Notes under the pieces: generated by a model
The model's database searches: none
Told to the model about the DNA's origin: nothing
The model's input: the letters and a program-made list of their open reading frames with translations, nothing else
Origin: Rikenellaceae bacterium
GTDB lineage: Bacteria; Bacteroidota; Bacteroidia; Bacteroidales; Rikenellaceae
Reading direction: 5' to 3'
Assembly: GCA_044433705.1 (NCBI GenBank)
Contig: JAWXTG010000007.1
Span: 1,707-65,706 of the forward strand
DNA: 64,000 nucleotides
Program-made: the position numbers and the translations under genes
Shown: positions 59,138 to 64,000 of the stretch, piece after piece
Layout: each line of letters opens with the position of its first letter
Numbering within the stretch: the first letter of the stretch is position 1

Positions 59138-61555
59138 ATGAGGATACTTTTTGTACTTTTTATTTTGGTCACGTTGCCGTTTGCCGCTTGGGCGGGCGCT
59201 GTGGAGGATAACCATGGTTCGAGGGGCGCTATAGTTGGGCGAGTTGTCTCGGCGCAGAGCGGTGAGGCGATTCAATTTGCGGCAATCTTTATCGAGGGCG
59301 ATAGCGGGGGTGGCGCAATTAGCGATGAGCAAGGTCGCTTTCGCCTGCGCGCTGCCTTTGGTGAGCATAAGGTTGTAGCCTCATTTGTGGGCTATCAGGA
59401 TGAGGAGCAGGTAGTTAGCGTTTCATCGCGAGAGCCTCTCGAGGTCGTTTTTACCCTTCAAGAGGCCTCTACAGATATCGACGAGGTGGTGGTGACGGAG
59501 GTGAGCCAGAGCGCTAGACTCAATAAAACCGCATATAATGTCCACTCAATCGAGATCGGATCGCTTAAGAATACCTCGGCAAATATCACTCAGGCGCTGT
59601 CGAAGATGAGCGGCGTGAATATCCGCGAGAGCGGAGGCGTTGGAAGTGATGCTGAGCTGAGCCTCAATGGTTTCACGGGCAGCCATGTCAAGATATTTAT
59701 CGACGGCATTCCGCAGAGTGGCAACTCGGCCTTCTCGCTCAATAATATCCCTGCGGGGTTTGCCGAGCGCATAGAGATGTATAGCGGCGTTGTGCCGATC
59801 GAGTTTGGCGCTGACGCTCTGGGCGGTGTGGTCAATATCATCACCAATAAGGCGACTAAGAGCGACCTGATCAATATCGATGCGTCGTACTCTTATGGGT
59901 CGTTCAACACCCACAAGACATACCTAAAATTTGGCCAAACCTTGGCTAAGAGTGGCCTAACGTATAGCATTAACGCCTATCAAAACTACTCGGATAATAA
60001 CTATACGGTTGATAACTATGTGGTTAAGTATGGCGTGAATAGTAGCGGCTACGTGACTACGGAGACCAATGTAAACGATATCGTCTACGATTTGGAGCGC
60101 TTCCACGATAAGTACCACAACGAAACTGCGATCGGTTCGATCGGCTTTGCAAACACCTCGTGGGCAGATCATATGATGCTGAGTTTCAACTACTCGCAGT
60201 TCTATAGCGATATCCAAACTGGAACTACGCAAAACACAGTCTATGGCGAGAGATATAGCGAGGGCTATAGCTTGACCCCGACGTTTGAGTACTCGAAGAG
60301 AGATTTTTTCACCGATGGACTCGATGTGCGACTAGTCGCAAACTATGAATCGGGTTACACGCACAACGCCGACCCTGCGACCGAATCGTATAACTGGCTA
60401 GGTGAGAGTGCTGCAACGATGCTCACGCCAATGGATAACGAGTCGCTGAGTAGCAATCTTAGCACCAACTTCACAACGAAGTATGTACCTGACCCAAAGC
60501 ACAATATAACCTTTTCAAACACAACGACGCGATCGTCGCGCATAACACGTTCGATAATCGAGGGGACAAATATCTATAGCGACTACGACAAGCCGCAATA
60601 TAGCCTCAAAACCATCTCGGGACTATCCTACTTGGTCCGCCCGATGGAGCAGATCGAGGCGACGGGATTTGTGAAACTCTTCTACCAGAACAACCAAAGT
60701 ATGGTTACCGATACCGATACGGGTGTGGCAAGCCAGCAGACGCGCGACTACTCGAAAGTGGGCTATGGCGCTGCTGCGACCTACTTTGCGATCCCCAAGC
60801 ATCTGCAGGCGAAGCTATCCTACGAGCGTGCATATCGCCTGCCAACGACCACCGAGCTGTTTGGCGATAACAACCTGGAGGCAGGTACATTCGACCTGGA
60901 GCCCGAGACGAGTAACAACTTGAATTTCAACTTGGTCTACACTCAAACCTTTGGTGATAAGCACTTTCTGCGTCTCGACGGCTCGCTAATCTACCGAAAT
61001 ACATTCAACTACATCATCCGCAAAACGAGCACCGATGGCGATTCGGCAAGTTACGGCAACTATGGGCAGGTGATCACCAAGGGATTCAGCATCATAGCGC
61101 GATACGACTACGACCGCTACATCAGCGTGGGGGGTACATTCAACAACATCAATCCTCGCGATGCCGAGAAGTATGTTGCCGAGGGGTCGTCGCAGACCAA
61201 CTTCACCTACGGAATGCGCATCCCAAACCAGCCATACACCTATGCAAATGGTGATGCAACATTTAATTTCTACAATATATTCAGCAAGCACGATCAGATT
61301 TCGTTGATCTACGACCTCTTCTACCAAGAGGAGTTTACATATTCGTGGGAGGGTGTGGGCCTCTCGTCGACCAAGAAGAAGGTGCCGATGCAGCTTTCGC
61401 ATAGCGCCGTGGTGAACTACGCCTTTCACCACAACCGCTACAACATCTCCTTCGAGGCTCGCAACCTAACCGATGAGAATCTCTACGACAACTATAGCCT
61501 GCAGAAGGCTGGACGCGCATTTTACATTAAACTACGAGTAAATATTCTTAAATAA
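59138..61555 (+). CDS. TonB-dependent receptor with N-terminal carboxypeptidase-like domain (XusA-like)
   Basis: DEVVVT, IRESGGVGS, GADALGGVVNI, LYDNYSLQKAGRAF. Confidence 0.92.
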   Translation: MRILFVLFILVTLPFAAWAGAVEDNHGSRGAIVGRVVSAQSGEAIQFAAIFIEGDSGGGAISDEQGRFRLRAAFGEHKVVASFVGYQDEEQVVSVSSREPLEVVFTLQEASTDIDEVVVTEVSQSARLNKTAYNVHSIEIGSLKNTSANITQALSKMSGVNIRESGGVGSDAELSLNGFTGSHVKIFIDGIPQSGNSAFSLNNIPAGFAERIEMYSGVVPIEFGADALGGVVNIITNKATKSDLINIDASYSYGSFNTHKTYLKFGQTLAKSGLTYSINAYQNYSDNNYTVDNYVVKYGVNSSGYVTTETNVNDIVYDLERFHDKYHNETAIGSIGFANTSWADHMMLSFNYSQFYSDIQTGTTQNTVYGERYSEGYSLTPTFEYSKRDFFTDGLDVRLVANYESGYTHNADPATESYNWLGESAATMLTPMDNESLSSNLSTNFTTKYVPDPKHNITFSNTTTRSSRITRSIIEGTNIYSDYDKPQYSLKTISGLSYLVRPMEQIEATGFVKLFYQNNQSMVTDTDTGVASQQTRDYSKVGYGAAATYFAIPKHLQAKLSYERAYRLPTTTELFGDNNLEAGTFDLEPETSNNLNFNLVYTQTFGDKHFLRLDGSLIYRNTFNYIIRKTSTDGDSASYGNYGQVITKGFSIIARYDYDRYISVGGTFNNINPRDAEKYVAEGSSQTNFTYGMRIPNQPYTYANGDATFNFYNIFSKHDQISLIYDLFYQEEFTYSWEGVGLSSTKKKVPMQLSHSAVVNYAFHHNRYNISFEARNLTDENLYDNYSLQKAGRAFYIKLRVNILK

Positions 61556-61580
61556 AACAATTAATACTTAACAAAAAAAG

Positions 61581-63215
61581 ATGAAGAAAATTACACAATT
61601 TGCATTTATTGCCGCGCTCTTCGTGGCGTCGTGTTCAACAGAGGATGGTCCTAGCGTAAGCTACACACCCGTTCCAGCTGATGAGGCTCGATTTGCAGTT
61701 ATAACCAAGGCTGTATCGGCCTCTACGGGTGATACATCGATGGTAATACTTACCGAAGCTGACCTAGAGTCTGGCTCGACAACCATTATCAACAACGGTT
61801 CCGACCTTAACGAGAAGAGCCCAACCGAGTGGTCGGTATCCAATGATGGGAAGTATCTATACTCTGTTCAGGAGGCGGGCGGCGACCTTGTGGCAGAGGT
61901 TGTTCAATACTACCTCGATAGCAAGACAGGTCTTGTATTGGAGGCAAATGTATACAATGCTGGATCGTACCACGTCTGGGGTATGTGGGGAGATAACTTC
62001 TTCACCGCTCGTAATGGCACCTCTACCGACACCTTCACCACTGTCGATGGTGTTGAGTACTACTCTCCGATGACTTCGTTCATCAACTACGGTGTAAGTG
62101 GAGGAACAGCTACAGGCTCTTACCTTACGTCTAACTACTTGGGTGACAACTATAAAGGTGATCTACCAATCAATAATGGTGAGTCGGCAAATGTTGTGGG
62201 CTTCGTAACAGCTGACGATTATGTTTATGTCTCTTACGCAACTGCAGGTGTGAGCCGCTATGCAATCGAGTCGAACGATTTGGGCTGGAGCGAAGATAAT
62301 CGTGAGTTCGTATCGCAAGGCGGTGGCGAGTACACAATCTACGCAACGAAGGATCTTGTGACCGAGAATACATCGATGACAAGTGTCACCAATTCATTCA
62401 AAACAACAGCTATCGGCACTGTGCCATTCCCGCTGACACCAGGAAATGCATATATTGCACGCTACAACCTTTCGGGCAATTTGGATGCTACGCCAACTAT
62501 CATCGCAACCGACAAGATGGGGCAAGCGTTTGCTCGACAGTATGGTAACCCCTACAACACGCTTATTGCCAATGACTCTGAGGGTTACGTGTATGTATTC
62601 TCGCCAGGCGTTACACGTCGCTACTGCGGAAACCAGGAGTCGTTGGACGACGATGGCGTAATATTCAAGGTTGACCAATATACCGACACCGACGATGCAT
62701 CGACACTCTGCGATGAGCAGCTATCTGTGCAGACAACCAACAAGGGGGCGAGCGTAATGCGTATCAAGTATGGCGCAACAGAGTTTGACTCAACTTTTGG
62801 CGATGGAGGCGTAATGACATTCGAGGATAAGATGGATGACCACACCTTCTCTCGCGTATGGCGCATCGGTGGCACCAAGTATCTCTTGCGCGTGATCCAC
62901 GAGCCTGGTGTCTACTACCTTATGCACCACAACTACCGCGATCCAGGTGATGCATTCTTCTACATCTACGACTCGTCAGACTCTTCAATCACACAGATTA
63001 CAGGTCTTCCAGATCCCGACTATTTCGTTGGTCAAACTATGTCCTCTATCGGCGAGCCACTTGTTGACGAGGGTAAAATCTACCTTCCGATGGCACCTAG
63101 CAATGAGACATATCCTGCAATTTGGGTTATCGATCCCGCAACGGCATCTGCAACAAAGGGTCTCGAGGTTAAGTGTTCATACATCATCTCGTTGGCTAAA
63201 CTTACAGCTCAATAA
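61581..63215 (+). CDS. DUF4374-like surface lipoprotein (XusB-like)
   Basis: Lipobox VASC; YVFSP, RIK.G.TEFD, ITGLP, YPAIWVIDPATASATKGLEV. Confidence 0.75.
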   Translation: MKKITQFAFIAALFVASCSTEDGPSVSYTPVPADEARFAVITKAVSASTGDTSMVILTEADLESGSTTIINNGSDLNEKSPTEWSVSNDGKYLYSVQEAGGDLVAEVVQYYLDSKTGLVLEANVYNAGSYHVWGMWGDNFFTARNGTSTDTFTTVDGVEYYSPMTSFINYGVSGGTATGSYLTSNYLGDNYKGDLPINNGESANVVGFVTADDYVYVSYATAGVSRYAIESNDLGWSEDNREFVSQGGGEYTIYATKDLVTENTSMTSVTNSFKTTAIGTVPFPLTPGNAYIARYNLSGNLDATPTIIATDKMGQAFARQYGNPYNTLIANDSEGYVYVFSPGVTRRYCGNQESLDDDGVIFKVDQYTDTDDASTLCDEQLSVQTTNKGASVMRIKYGATEFDSTFGDGGVMTFEDKMDDHTFSRVWRIGGTKYLLRVIHEPGVYYLMHHNYRDPGDAFFYIYDSSDSSITQITGLPDPDYFVGQTMSSIGEPLVDEGKIYLPMAPSNETYPAIWVIDPATASATKGLEVKCSYIISLAKLTAQ

Positions 63216-63233
63216 TCTAATATATAAGAAGAT

Positions 63234-64000
63234 ATGATTAATGCAGCTTTAGATATTATCGATTTTTTAAAATCGAATTTCGGCTTCCTCTTTGCGCTGA
63301 TGGTCTACACCGTGCTGGCCATTGCGCTCGCAAAGTCGATTAAGAAGAACTACAAGGTTTACTACTGGATTTTTGGTGTAATCTCGTTCTGTTTCATCAT
63401 CCCATCCGTGGCTCGTCTACTTGGGGCTACGCTCCCCTTCAACCTCGGAAGCATTCCGATCGTCGGTCTGTCGGCGAGCGAACTCTCGAGTGCTGCCAAC
63501 TTCATCCACCCAGTTATCGTGATTATCATGTACATGGGTGCGCTGAGCCCGAAAATTTCGTATGTTGGTCGCTTGATGTCGATCCGTAAGGAGCTCTCGA
63601 TTATCGTCGGGTTCCCCGTTTTGGCACACGCCGTGAAGCGCATTTTCGGATCCTTCCCTGGTGGATGGCAATTCTTCTTCGACAATGAGACCTATATGCA
63701 GAGCCCACGCGTGTCGAGCGCGTTGGGTTCGGGCATCACATCGTTCGCCTTTGTGTTGGGTCTGGTTATGACAATCCTATTTTTGGTGTTGTGGATCACC
63801 TCTTTCGATTCGGTGCACCGCAAATTGGGAACTAAGCGCTGGAAGAGCGTTCAGAGATGGTCGTATGGACTCTATGCAATGCTCTTTATCCACGCTATGT
63901 GCTTGCAGGTTGGAGGTTTGATCTCAGATAATGCACGCGCAGCGCAACAGGTAGCTCAAAAGGCTAAGGTTGAGGTGGTTGAGGCAGGACACAGCCACGG
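63234..64000 (+). CDS. Ferric-reductase-like (MsrQ/YedZ-type) membrane protein, partial (not in the ORF track)
   Basis: Manual translation from ATG 63234, open to the window end: MYMGAL...LMSIRKELSII..H, LWITSFDSVHRKLG..RWKSVQRWSY..Y...FIH. Confidence 0.78.
   Translation, partial: MINAALDIIDFLKSNFGFLFALMVYTVLAIALAKSIKKNYKVYYWIFGVISFCFIIPSVARLLGATLPFNLGSIPIVGLSASELSSAANFIHPVIVIIMYMGALSPKISYVGRLMSIRKELSIIVGFPVLAHAVKRIFGSFPGGWQFFFDNETYMQSPRVSSALGSGITSFAFVLGLVMTILFLVLWITSFDSVHRKLGTKRWKSVQRWSYGLYAMLFIHAMCLQVGGLISDNARAAQQVAQKAKVEVVEAGHSH

Overview
Chromosomal window from a Bacteroidota bacterium, most likely Rikenellaceae/Alistipes-like. This is inferred from gene content, TAnnTTTG promoters and gene order. 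Bases ~1-10,993 are a visibly more AT-rich accessory segment. It holds an AraC regulator, two decayed genes, a heterodimeric ABC transporter, a metal-uptake operon (a CxxC/His/RAPP leader ORF, then a TonB receptor, then a His-rich lipoprotein), nrdG and a 5'-truncated nrdD cut by an IS982-family element. The rest is core genome: an ABC-2 transporter, rdgB-folE, AsmA, mreBCD-pbp2-rodA, a dcw cluster lacking mraZ/murD/ftsW, a glsAB-like acyltransferase pair, sua5, holB, folK, rbfA and mscS. It ends in a TonB/DUF4374/ferric-reductase-like operon that runs off the window. The most striking unexplained feature is a non-coding ~270-500 bp repeat present five times. In full-length copies, two back-to-back multi-stem (four-way-junction) modules are separated by 7-nt tandem repeats and capped by an inverted ~40-bp end motif. 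The copies show extensive compensatory base changes, strand-specific G-T wobbles and DNA-type hairpin loops. All calls come from reading the sequence by eye; no database searches or folding programs were run.
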